Shown here: positions 12,577-22,878 of the stretch, piece after piece
Position numbering within the stretch: the first letter of the stretch is position 1
Layout of the letters: every line of letters starts with the position of its first letter
NCBI RefSeq assembly: GCF_964213995.1
Contig: NC_135809.1
Coordinates: 59,520,001-59,584,000 of the forward strand
DNA: 64,000 bases
Direction: 5' to 3'
DNA from: Mustelus asterias
Taxonomy: Eukaryota
Notes under the pieces: model-generated
The model's input: the letters and a program-made list of their open reading frames with translations, nothing else
What the model was told of the DNA's origin: nothing
The model's database searches: none
Program-made: the position numbers and the translations under genes

Positions 12577-13142
12577 ATGATGTGGAGATGTCGGCGTTGG
12601 ACTGGGGTAAGCACAGTAAGAAGTCTCACAACACCAGGTTAAAGTCCAACAGGTTTATTTGGTAGCACAAGCCACAAACTCTCACGGGCATTCAGCCTCT
12701 GATCTTCGGGTAAATGTTCTCCAAGGCAGCCTTCATGACACACGACAACGCAGAGTCGCTGAGCTGAAACTGATAGCCAAGTTCCGCACACATGAGGACT
12801 GCCTCAACTGGGATCTTGGGTTCATGTCACACTATCTGTAACCCCCACGACTTGCCTGGGCTTGCAAAATCTCACTAACTGCTCTGGCTGGAGACAATAC
12901 GCATCTCTTTAACCTGTGCTTAACCCTCTCTCCACTCACATTGTCTGTACCTTTAGGACTTGATTACCTGTAAAGACTCGCATTCCAACCATTATTTTGC
13001 AAATTGAGTTTGTGTCTTTATATGCCCTGTTTGTGAACAGAACTCCCACTTACCTGATGAAGGGGCAGCGCTCCGAAAGCTTGTGGCTTGTGCTACCAAA
13101 TAAACCTTTTGGACTTTAACCTGGTGTTGTGAGACTTTTTAC
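12577..13142 (+). mobile_element. 5'-truncated Penelope-like element (family A): inverted pLTR piece, GIY-YIG C-terminus and pLTR
   Basis: Peptide NSHGHS...RRVAELKLIAKFRTH..CLN.DLGF is typical of the PLE GIY-YIG end. 12577-12677 is an inverted copy of the pLTR. TSD TCAG(T/C)ATTGGAAACC at 12562-12576 and 13143-13157. Confidence 0.9.
13051..13085 (+). ncRNA. Minimal type I hammerhead ribozyme motif in PLE pLTR
   Basis: TAC-CTGATGA-A-GGGGC-AGC-GCTCC-GAAA-GC-TT-GTG: core boxes, stem II, palindromic AAGCTT stem III and a short stem I. Confidence 0.8.
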
Positions 13143-13224
13143 TCAGCATTGGAAACCCATTGTTATCTTATTCAGCTTGATGGCTGAAGCTGCACGATCA
13201 GCAGATTGTTCATAGTCAGGTAAA

Positions 13225-13555
13225 AGAGACTTGCATTTATATAGCACCTTTATGATCTAAAGCCCTTCCCAACCAGTGAAGTACTTTTAAAATGTAATCA
13301 CTGTCATAATGTAATAAATGCAGCAGCTGATTTACAGATAGTACGGCCCACAACGTGATAATGGCCAGGTAATCCTGTTCCTCAATTTGGTTGAGGGATA
13401 AAGTTTGGCTGAGCCACCAGGGCTAACTCCCCTGTTCTTCTTCAAAATGAGGGATCCTTTATCATCCATTTGAGAGCGGGCAGAGAGAAACCCAGTTTAA
13501 TGATTCATTTGAAAGACCACACCTGACAGTGGAGCACTGCCTCGATGCTGCGTTG
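13225..13555 (-). mobile_element. SacSINE1-like Deu-SINE
   Basis: Tail GACTTGCATTTATATAGCACC and body match the reverse complement of 54892-55338. Confidence 0.8.
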
Positions 13556-13564
13556 GAGGCTTTA

Positions 13565-13800
13565 GGCATCATGGATAGAGAATAAGAGAGGCTGGGCGAA
13601 TGAGGGAACGGATTCCAAAGTTTAGGGCCTTGGCAGCTGAAGGCATGGCCAGCACATTGGAATGATTAAAATCGGGAATGATCAAACGGCTGGAATTGGA
13701 GGTTCGCCGGGATCTCAGAGAGTTGCAGGGATCAAGGTGATTACAGAGACAGGGAGGAGCCAAGCCAGGCAGAGATTGGAAAACCGGGATGAGAATTTCA
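13565..13800 (-). mobile_element. L2 LINE 3' fragment
   Basis: Minus strand reads KILI.VFQSL.GLAPP.LCN.L...SLRS..TSNS..L.IP, typical of the L2 ORF2 C-terminus. Confidence 0.75.
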
Positions 13801-14044
13801 TAATCCCCGACTTAATTCCCAAGCTTCCCCTAAATCTTCAACCTGTACAACATGCATTCCACAATGAGGAACCTTTACCGGTCTGCAGATTTATAATTTA
13901 TAAAGGTTGCAGGCTTTCCTCATCTGAAAATGGATAGGGACAGGGACAAAAACAAAGCAGACTGTGGACTTTCTACACGTGTTAAACTCAATGTTGAGGC
14001 AGGAGGGTTGCAATTGCATCGTGGAAAAATTAGATTTTCTAACT

Positions 14045-14350
14045 TCTTTCACAAGGTGTGGGCATCGATGGCAAGGCAACATTTGTTGCCCACTCTTAAT
14101 TGCCTTGAGAAGGTGGTGGAGACCTGTCTTCATGAACCACTGTAGTCCCTGTGGTATAGATACACTCACAGTGTTGGTAGGGAGGGAATTCCAGGATTCT
14201 GACCCAGTGACAGTGAAGGAACGATAATATATTTCTCAGACAAGATGGTGAGTGACTTGGAGGAAAACATGCAGGTGGTGCTGTTCTCAGGTATCTGCTG
14301 TTCTTGTCCTTCTAGATAGTAGAGATTGTGGATTTGGAAGGTGCTTTCGA
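14045..14350 (-). mobile_element. LINE-B 3' end
   Basis: Matches the reverse complement of 31060-31350. Confidence 0.85.
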
Positions 14351-14505
14351 AAGTCTTGGTGTTGTGGTTCTCGAGTTTGCAGAAGTTTTACAGAAGTCTG
14401 AGGACAGAGAGGTCAGACTGAGGTGGGATGACGAATTGATGTGGCGAACGTTGCAGAGTATCGATTGCAGTTCAATAGGTCTGAAGTCTTCATAGTCATC
14501 TATTT

Positions 14506-16596
14506 GAACTAATGAAAAGTGGAATTTTTTCAAGGAACAAATACTGGATGTCCTTGATAGGTATGTTCCTGTCAGGCAGGGAGGAAATGGCCGAGTGAGG
14601 GAACCATGGTTCACAAAAGAGGTGGAATGTCTTGTGAAAAGGAAGAGGGAAGCTTATGTAGGGATGAGGAAACAAGGTTCAGATGGCTCGATTGAGGGTT
14701 ACAAGTTAGCAAGGAATGAGCTGAAAAAGGGGCTTAGGAGAGCTAGGAGGGGACATGAGAAGTCCTTGGCGGGTCGGATCAAGGAAAACCCCAAGGCTTT
14801 TTACTCTTATGTGAGGAATAAAAGAATGACCAGGGTGAGGTTAGGGCCGGTCAAGGACAGTAGTGGGAACTTGTGTATGGAGTCAGTAGAGATAGGCGAG
14901 GTGATGAATGAATACTTTTCTTCAGTGTTCACCAAGGAGAGGGGCCATGTTTTTGAGGAAGAGAAGGTGTTACAGGCTAATAGGCTGGAGGAAATAGATG
15001 TTCGGAGGGAGGATGTCTTGGCAGTTTTGAATAAACTGAAGGTCGATAAGTCCCCTGGGCCTGATGAAATGTATCCTAGGATTCTTTGGGAGGCAAGGGA
15101 TGAGATTGCAGAGCCTTTGGCGTTGATCTTTGGGTCCTCGCTGTCCACGGGGATGGTGCCAGAGGACTGGAGAATGGCGAATGTTGTTCCTCTGTTTAAG
15201 AAAGGGAATAGAAATGACCCTGGTAATTATAGACCGGTTAGTCTTACTTCGGTGGTTGGTAAATTGATGGAAAGGGTCCTTAGGGATGGGATTTACGACC
15301 ATTTAGAAAGATGCGGATTAATCCGAGATAGTCAGCACGGATTCGTGAAGGGCAAGTCGTGCCTCACAAATTTGATAGAATTTTTTGAGGAGGTAACTAA
15401 GTGTGTTGATGAAGGTAGGGCAGTTGATGTCATATACATGGATTTTAGTAAGGCGTTTGATAAGGTCCCCCATGGTCGGCTTATGATGAAAGTGAGGAGG
15501 TGTGGGATAGAGGGAAAGTTGGCCGATTGGATAGGTAACTGGCTGTCTGACCGAAGACAGAGGGTGGTGGTCGATGGAAAATTTTCGGATTGGAGGCAGG
15601 TTGCTTGCGGTGTGCCGCAGGGATCAGTGCTTGGTCCTCTGCTCTTTGTGATTTTTATTAACGACTTAGAGGAGGGGGCTGAAGGGTGGATCAGTAAATT
15701 TGCTGATGACACCAAGATTGGTGGAGTAGTGGATGAGGTGGAGGGCTGTTGTAGGCTGCAAAGAGACATAGATAGGATGCAAAGCTGGGCTGAAAAATGG
15801 CAAATGGAGTTTAACCCTGATAAATGTGAGGTGATTCATTTTGGTAGGACAAATTTAAATGTGGATTACAGGGTCAAAGGTAGGGTTCTGAAGACTGTGG
15901 AGGAACAGAGAGATCTTGGGGTCCATATCCACAGATCTCTAAAGGTTGCCAGTCAAGTGGATAGAGCTGTGAAGAAGGCCTATAGTGTGTTAGCTTTTAT
16001 TAACAGGGGGTTGGAGTTTAAGAGCCGTGGGGTTATGCTGCAACTGTACAGGACCTTGGTGAGACCACATTTGGAATATTGTGTGCAGTTCTGGTCACCT
16101 CACTATAGGAAGGATGTGGAAGCGCTGGAAGGAGTGCAGAGGAGATTTACCAGGATGCTGCCTGGTTTGGAGGGTAGGTCATATGAGGAAAGGTTGAGGG
16201 AGCTAGGGCTGTTCTCTCTGGAGCGGAGGAGGCTGAGGGGAGACTTAATAGAGGTGTATAAAATGATGAAGGGGATAGATAGAGTGAACGTTCAAAGACT
16301 ATTTCCTCGGGTGGATGGAGCTATTACAAGGGGGCATAACTATAGGGTTCGTGGTGGGAGATACAGGACGGATATCAGAGGTAGGTTCTTTACGCAGAGA
16401 GTGGTTGGGGTGTGGAATGGACTGCCTGCAGTGATAGTGGAGTCAGACACTTTAGAAACATTTAAGCGGTTATTGGATAGGCACATGGAGCACACCAGGA
16501 TGATAGGGAGTGGGATAGCTTGATCTTGGTTTCAGATAAAGCTCGGCACAACATCGTGGGCCGAAGGGCCTGTTCTGTGCTGTACTGTTCTATGTT
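14506..16596 (+). mobile_element. Young 5'-truncated CR1 (HER1-like) LINE
   Basis: Uninterrupted RT frame. The 3' UTR ends GGGCCGAAGGGCCTGTTCTGTGCTGTACTGTTCTATGTT. Confidence 0.97.
14595..16523 (+). CDS. CR1 ORF2 reverse transcriptase domain (open frame, but no endonuclease or promoter)
   Basis: 642 aa with YRPVSLTS, QHGF, DFSKAFDKVPH, GVPQGSVLGP, FADD and LVRPHLEYCVQFWSP motifs. Confidence 0.9.
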   Translation: MREPWFTKEVECLVKRKREAYVGMRKQGSDGSIEGYKLARNELKKGLRRARRGHEKSLAGRIKENPKAFYSYVRNKRMTRVRLGPVKDSSGNLCMESVEIGEVMNEYFSSVFTKERGHVFEEEKVLQANRLEEIDVRREDVLAVLNKLKVDKSPGPDEMYPRILWEARDEIAEPLALIFGSSLSTGMVPEDWRMANVVPLFKKGNRNDPGNYRPVSLTSVVGKLMERVLRDGIYDHLERCGLIRDSQHGFVKGKSCLTNLIEFFEEVTKCVDEGRAVDVIYMDFSKAFDKVPHGRLMMKVRRCGIEGKLADWIGNWLSDRRQRVVVDGKFSDWRQVACGVPQGSVLGPLLFVIFINDLEEGAEGWISKFADDTKIGGVVDEVEGCCRLQRDIDRMQSWAEKWQMEFNPDKCEVIHFGRTNLNVDYRVKGRVLKTVEEQRDLGVHIHRSLKVASQVDRAVKKAYSVLAFINRGLEFKSRGVMLQLYRTLVRPHLEYCVQFWSPHYRKDVEALEGVQRRFTRMLPGLEGRSYEERLRELGLFSLERRRLRGDLIEVYKMMKGIDRVNVQRLFPRVDGAITRGHNYRVRGGRYRTDIRGRFFTQRVVGVWNGLPAVIVESDTLETFKRLLDRHMEHTRMIGSGIA

Positions 16597-17826
16597 CATT
16601 GGTTAACTGTAAGTCTTTGTTGACTTTTAAAGTTATTTCAAATATACAGTAAAGGGTTCAAGCTAGGAGCTGTCTCCATGCTTGCCACTACACTATATGT
16701 GCCAGACTCTTATACTACAGCGAACAACCAAAAGCTTAAGGTCATGTTTGCGGACTGCCCATCCAGCAAAGCAATCACCCAATCTGCACTTGGTTTCCTC
16801 AATGTCAAGGGAAATATCTTCATCCATCAGCCACATAAGCACTTCACAATCTCGAATCCTTCACCAAAAACCACCCAATATTTTTAGAATTCACCCACTG
16901 AACCTTTCTGAAGAAAACGATGTTGTGGGTTTTGCATTTGGCTTTTGCTTTAGACAATGTTAAGCCACGGCTTAAAATGGATTCTGTCTAAGAAAAAAAA
17001 GCAATCCTTTTCATTCCTGTAGATCTGATTGACAGCTCTTGTCACTCAGTGAAAAGACTTATTTTCATCTAATGTAATCTTTTTAATGCATGATTAGTGC
17101 CCTTAGACTAAAGGTCTTTAATCCTCCCTCTGCTCTGAATCCAGCAATAAAGCTTCAAAGAGCTCGAAGAATATTTTGGTCCTGCTTTGTGAGTGTGGGT
17201 TTTAATGCCCTCAGGAGAAGGAAAGTTCTCTCAAGAACTTTTCTTAATTTCCAATTAAGATTCAGTCAAAGTAAGCAGGGCAAATGGGGCCAGCTAACTG
17301 TCAACACATTAAATAATGAGCCTTATTACAGGAAATCAAACTAGCTTCCCTCCCCTTACACCTGCTTCAAACATACCTCATATCATCCACATTGATAAAT
17401 CTTCGATGTACTTTCAATTAAATCTACAGCAGAGAAAGGAGAGTCAAAAATAGGTGCACATTTCCACTCCTTTAACTGAGAGTTGTAGCCTATCAAAATC
17501 CAATCCCAGCTCCCGATTGTTCAGTTTGTCTCATAAATAGGGTAAGCCATACGGATTCTGAGGATCCCAGTCTCCATCCTCAATCTGTGTGGACACAGCC
17601 AGAGTGTTAATAAGGCTACCACAGTTTGCCTCAGTTCCTTAGTCAAGGAAAAAGAAATTGCCATCTGAGAATCGAGTCACTGTCTGACAACTTCAGCTCG
17701 ACAGTGTTCCTGCCACTCTGTATCGACGAGATTCGATTCAGCTGCAGTAAGCTCACACAAGAGAATATCTTGCAACGCTCACTGCCAAAAATCATATCTA
17801 AATGATAATCGCAGACGGCAAAGCTG

Positions 17827-18054
17827 TCTCGCCTTTTGGCTAAGATCAAGCATCAGATCAAACGCAAGATGGGGTGCAATGCCTTATTTTGTCAGTTTGG
17901 ATCTTGCACATCTCTCTTGTGGGGACCATGAATTGGGTTCAACCTGAATTTGAATTTGGTTTTTGGAGCAAGCAAAGGAGGACTTGGGTTTGCCCAGTCC
18001 ACTCTGAGCATTGGCTTTGTAATTTTATGGTTGGGGCAAAACATTTTTTAAAAA
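17827..18054 (+). pseudogene. Diverged U2 snRNA-derived element (copy A)
   Basis: TCTCG-CCTTTTGGCTAAGATCAAG matches the U2 5' end. It is followed by colinear, diverged similarity to the U2 stem II region, an Sm-site-like TGGTTTTTGGAGCA and GTCCACTC. Possible decayed TSD AAAGCYGYC. Confidence 0.75.
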
Positions 18055-18774
18055 GCCGCCCTGAAATGACACTGACAAAGGCGTTTGTGCCCTTAGGAGA
18101 GGTGTGGAGACAATTGGCAAAAGGTCATTGCAGCATGCAACCAACATGCATTTCCATTCTGAGGGGGCAGGGTACATAAATGTTCCCGAATTTGCTGTAA
18201 CCAGTCAAGGAATGGTCTTTGCTGTTAAATTGCAATGATATTTTGTGCTGGAAGTGAGAAATGGAATCAACATCTGGAACTTGTGTGAACAAGGCAAGCA
18301 TCTGTGCCCCTCCTCAACTAACCGAGTGAAGCATCATGAATTTAACAAGAGTGGGTGAATTTAATGTCAAATCAGGAAGAGCAGGCAAAATAAAGAGAAT
18401 GAAAGAAAGGTTGGATCGAGAGAGGAAAAAACAATGAAAACATTTTTAAAAACATAATTTTAAAATAATGATTTAAATCCTGCAAAATTAGAATTTGAAG
18501 GAATGAAACTCCACACTTGTAATTAATTCGCAGTGCAGATGTTAATTGGCAGCACTTATACTTATTAAACTGTCAAAGGTCTATTTGCATTTGTAATTAT
18601 AAGGTTTAACATTTGTTCATATCTACAGTGGAAAAAATCCCAGCATACAATGCACAGAAAATGGGAGCCAATTAGCTTAATACCGAGAGAGGAATGGCTC
18701 ATTTTGGATGGTTATATTTAAATGCCTGTGCTTTAATTGTACATCTATTGAAGTTGCTGCATCATTTATGCATA

Positions 18775-19330
18775 ACTCACTTCCTGACTCCCCAAAGCCT
18801 GTCCACCATCTACAAGGCACAAGTCAGGAGTGTGTTGGAATACTCTCCACTTGCCTGGATGAGTGCATCTCCAACAACACTCAAGAAGCTTGACACCATC
18901 CAGGATAAAGCAATCCACTTCATTCATTGCCCATCCACTATCTTAAACATTCACTCCCTCTACCAGCGATGCACAGTGATAGCAGTGTGTACCATCTATT
19001 AGACGCACTGCAGGAACTCATTATGGCTCCTTTGACAGCACCTTCCAAACCCACCGACCTCTACCACCTGGCAGCACAAGGGTAGCAGATGCATAGGCAA
19101 ACCACCACCTGCAAAGTTCCCCTCCAAGTCACACATCCTCCTGACTTGGAAATATATCACAGTTCCTTCACTGTCACTGGGACAAAATCCTCAAACTCCC
19201 CCACTACCAGCCTACCTACACCACATGGACTGCAGTGGTTCAAGACGACCACCTTGTCAAGGGCAATTAAGGATAGGCAACAAATTTTGGATTTGCCAAC
19301 AATCCTCACATCTCACGAAAGAATAAAAGA
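18775..19330 (+). mobile_element. LINE-B ORF2 C-terminus and 3' tail
   Basis: LTPQSLSTIYKAQVRSVLEYSPLAWMSASPTTLKKLDTIQDKA, then tail GGGCAATTAAGGATAGGCAACAAAT. Confidence 0.9.
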
Positions 19331-20299
19331 AAGGACTTGTTTTCATTGCCTTAAAAAGTCGGGCAGTTTGGACCCCCTTTGGGTCCAAAACATTGGGCAT
19401 TGCTTGGCGATCCCTTTCAAAAGGAACTGGCAGCAGCATTGACTGTTAAAGGCCCCAGAGTCCAATTTGCTAGGAAAATGAAGTAAAAACTGGTCTTAAA
19501 CTGTTATATAGGGTACCTGAGCCAGTTTTGATACCTCAGGGAACTTGCAACAAAATTAATAATGACATCTTTATCCATAAGTACATTAATTTTAGGACAT
19601 TGGCCAAGCGGATAATACGAGTCAGAATAATGAACAACATTGCCAGATACATCTGGGAATAAATGTCACTGACTCTATTTAGGCCTCACCTTCACCTCAA
19701 TGCTCGTTTTCTGTTGGTTTCTATTTTGTTATCGGGAATAACTTCACGTAACACGGCAGAATAATTGGGTTCATCATTACACAATCCTGCTCGAGTATTT
19801 TCCGACTTTACCTCAGCAATATTTCTAACCAAGGTCAATCCTGCACTAGTCAAGTATTTAACCTAGTGATTGGCGTGTAAGCTGGAACCAAGGTAACATG
19901 CAGCACTGCAATGTCTCCAATCCATCCTGATCAGTGTAAGCTTCAAAGCATCATGCCTTCAGCAGGATGGGGAGCTGTAATGGAGTTGGAGGGGAAGAGA
20001 GAGTCGGGTTAAATTTGAGGAGAGGGGTGAAAAGCTATTTGATTGCGTGGGGGTGGAAGGATTCCAGTGCTGCTGGAACTAGGAAGGAGCGAGGTGATAT
20101 AAGCCGGCAGAACTGGAGGGAGAGAGTGAAAGGGTGATGTGAATTGTACACAGTTCACTGTCTCACTGTGTCACTAAATGTGGTTAGGGTAGGAAGGTCT
20201 CCCTAAGCTGGAATATGGGTTGAGTATGGGCAGGATGTCTGGAGGTGTAAAATGTTGATGTCAGTCTTATAAAAAAGAAAAATATTGAATTATCTGGCA

Positions 20300-20785
20300 T
20301 AAAATTTCTCCCATGGGATGTGGGTGTCGCTGGCTAGGCTATCATTAATTGACTATCCCTAATTACCCTCGAGAAGGTGGTGGTGGAACTTCATAGCAGT
20401 TGAATGGAATAGTGACTCGCAAGGCCATTTCAGCATCAACCACATTGCTGTGGGTTTGGAGTCACTTGTGAAGACAAATTTCCTTCCTTAAAGGAGATTA
20501 GAGAACCAGATGAGTTTTCACAATAAATGCCAATGACTGAGACTAGCACGAGAAACATCCAACCTCATTCAAGGCGAGGATTCTCTGCTCCCGTTTTAGC
20601 TGAGCGTCAAGTTCTCCATTCTTGTTGGCAGCGGTGTGGGAATGAACAAGAACGCAGAATCCCTGCATAGCTTTCAATTCCAGATTTTCCTATTAACTAA
20701 ATTCAAATTCCACCAGATGGAATCTGTCCCCCAGAGTATCAGCCTGGGCTTCTGAATTGCTCGTCAGGGGCATCACCACTACGCC
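20300..20785 (-). mobile_element. SINE-B with a short MITE-like insertion (~20572-20668)
   Basis: Matches the reverse complement of the SINE-B tail, body and head. Confidence 0.7.
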
Positions 20786-21574
20786 AATACTTTCCTTTTT
20801 CATGTAAAAGTTTCAACTGCACCAGAAATAGAATCACCAATTTTGTCTTTCTTTCAACTTTTCATCTGTATTAGTTCACCCCTCTTTCCTTCAATACCAA
20901 TAGGACATCTGTTAAGCATAGAAAGTCCCTTATCTTGTCTTGTTTTCACCCCATAGGCTTATATTAAGGGCACTCTTGTGTTGTCAGCCTTAGGGTTGCA
21001 ATACTGAAGCAAAGGCCAGAAATAGCAAAGCTTTGAAAGAGGAAAATCTGGGACGATGTGCTGGATTCCAGGAAGAAGGAATTAGAAAATACAACAGGTG
21101 TCAATTCATTTTTAAATCCCGCTTTAAGCATTGTGAGAGGAAGTGAGTTTTGTGAGAAACATGAGGAAAACGAACCAGAACAAGAGCACTATAAGCAGCT
21201 TAGAACCAACCTCCAGGCTCACAACTAATTATTTTCAGTTGAGAATGTGGCCAGTGGAAAAGCTCCCGAGGCCAGGGAGACAGATACAAGGGGTCAGATG
21301 GGGATGAGTGGGTATTAGCATGAAAGATACTGAAAGGAGGGCGTATATTGCTGGTGGAAGATTATTAGAAAAAGGATTAAACATAAGGTTGGTCTTTTCA
21401 GAGGTAGTGTGGGAGATCAGCAAATGGCAAATGTGCTGTAGGAATTCGACAGACAGCAGCACACCAGGGGGAGGGAGTGTGGGGGAGGGGAGGGATTTCA
21501 GGACTCCCTGTGGGGTCTTTCTTCTGGCAGGAAGCAGCACCTCCTGTCAATGTCAAAGGAGGCCAATTGGCCCG

Positions 21575-21790
21575 AAACAAAAAAAAATCAGAAAATATTG
21601 GAAAATCTCAGCAGGTCTGGCAACACCTGTGGAGATAGGGACAGAGTTAACATTCTGACTCTTCTTCAGAGTTAAAGAGAGTGAGAAATGTGAAGGATTA
21701 TATACTGAATAAAAGGGGGGTAGAGCAGCTAGAACAGAGAAGAAGGTCAGTGATTGGTGAGAGCTAGGAGAGATTGCAATAAAGGTATGT
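21575..21790 (-). mobile_element. PLE family B pLTR fragment with deleted hammerhead
   Basis: GGAAAATCTCAGCAGGTCTGG...CTGTGGAG is shared with 42432-42568. The minus strand has CTGAAGA-AGAGTC but lacks the second half of the core. Confidence 0.7.
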
Positions 21791-22690
21791 AGGTCACGAG
21801 GCCGAGGCAACGTTAATGGCAGTGAAAGGTGCTTGTAGTGGCATATAGGCAAGATACCAAATTGGCTAGGAACAGGCAGATGCTTTGGACCCCCTGGGGG
21901 GTTTGGACCCCTTCAAAATGGCAGTGGCCACATTGCTGGCATATATGGTGCAGTAACCTTATTTTGAAGGTGTGAGTGCCAAACAAAGGGGCTGAAAATC
22001 AACCGCAAACTAGCTAAAAAATATCTGGACCTGACTTGGTGCAATATTCACTATATTGAAAATGGAATGAGAGGAATATATGAGATTAGAGGAATTGCCC
22101 AGATGAAAAGGTGCTTGAAGACCACCTGAGCTCACTTGCTTCAACGGGTCAGTTTAGGAACACAGGAACAGGAGGAGGTCATTCAGCCCCTCAAGCCTGT
22201 TCCAGCATTCAATTACATCACAATTGGTCTGCAGCTTAAATCTATTTTTCCGCCTTTGCTTTGTATCCCTTTATATCATTATCTAACTAAAACCTAGGAA
22301 TCTACCTCATCGGTCTCGATTCCCCCACCAGAGTAAATGGTTTATCCTTTGAACATTTTAAGGCGCTCACTCTGACCTGAACGGTGTCTATGTTGAATGT
22401 TTTCATGATGTAACCTTCTCAGCCCCTGTACCATTCTGTTTAGTAGAGTTGCCACTAGGATCTCAATCTTACATACAATGGGTAAAGAAGGGAACATTCA
22501 ATTGACAGTAATCCAATATTACCAATTTGAATCCAGACTTTAGAAGCAGCAGTGGTGACTGAGAGGACATAACTGTTCCATTCCAGAGAGCTGAAGGATA
22601 GAACTGGAGCCAATCTTTACAACAACTGTTATATTTACCGATGCAGTTGCATTACAAGCATACACCTCCCAACACTACCATCAGAGTCGT

Positions 22691-22878
22691 AGGGCCAGAT
22701 TTTCCAATCACACCCCCCCCCCCGCCCCCAGGCCTGTTTACTGCTTGTCATTGACTGTTGGCGGGGTCTTCCAATCCCATCAATATCCACAACCTTTTGC
22801 GTAACCACCCATCCCACTGCCAGGAAAACCGCCACACGGGGGGGATTCCAAGGCGGGAAAGCCTGGAAAATCTCACCC
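22691..22878. mobile_element. Short TIR-bounded MITE-like element
   Basis: GGGCCAGATTTTCCA...TGGAAAATCTCACCC inverted ends. Related sequences at about 40930-41130 and 54520-54632. Confidence 0.55.

Noticed and set aside
14807-15769. Antisense ORFs within CR1 copies
   Set aside because: Shadow frames of the RT coding sequence.
16600-16990. Minus-strand acceptor-like site and an SLNPLLYI (GPCR NPxxY-like) peptide, with possible continuation at 14353-14505 across the CR1
   Set aside because: The frames contain stops and there are no transmembrane segments or other GPCR motifs. Most likely non-coding target DNA split by the CR1.
17827-17850. Functional U2 snRNA gene
   Set aside because: It lacks the GTAGTA branch-point motif, the body is heavily diverged, and no PSE was recognised. 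Treated as a derived element.
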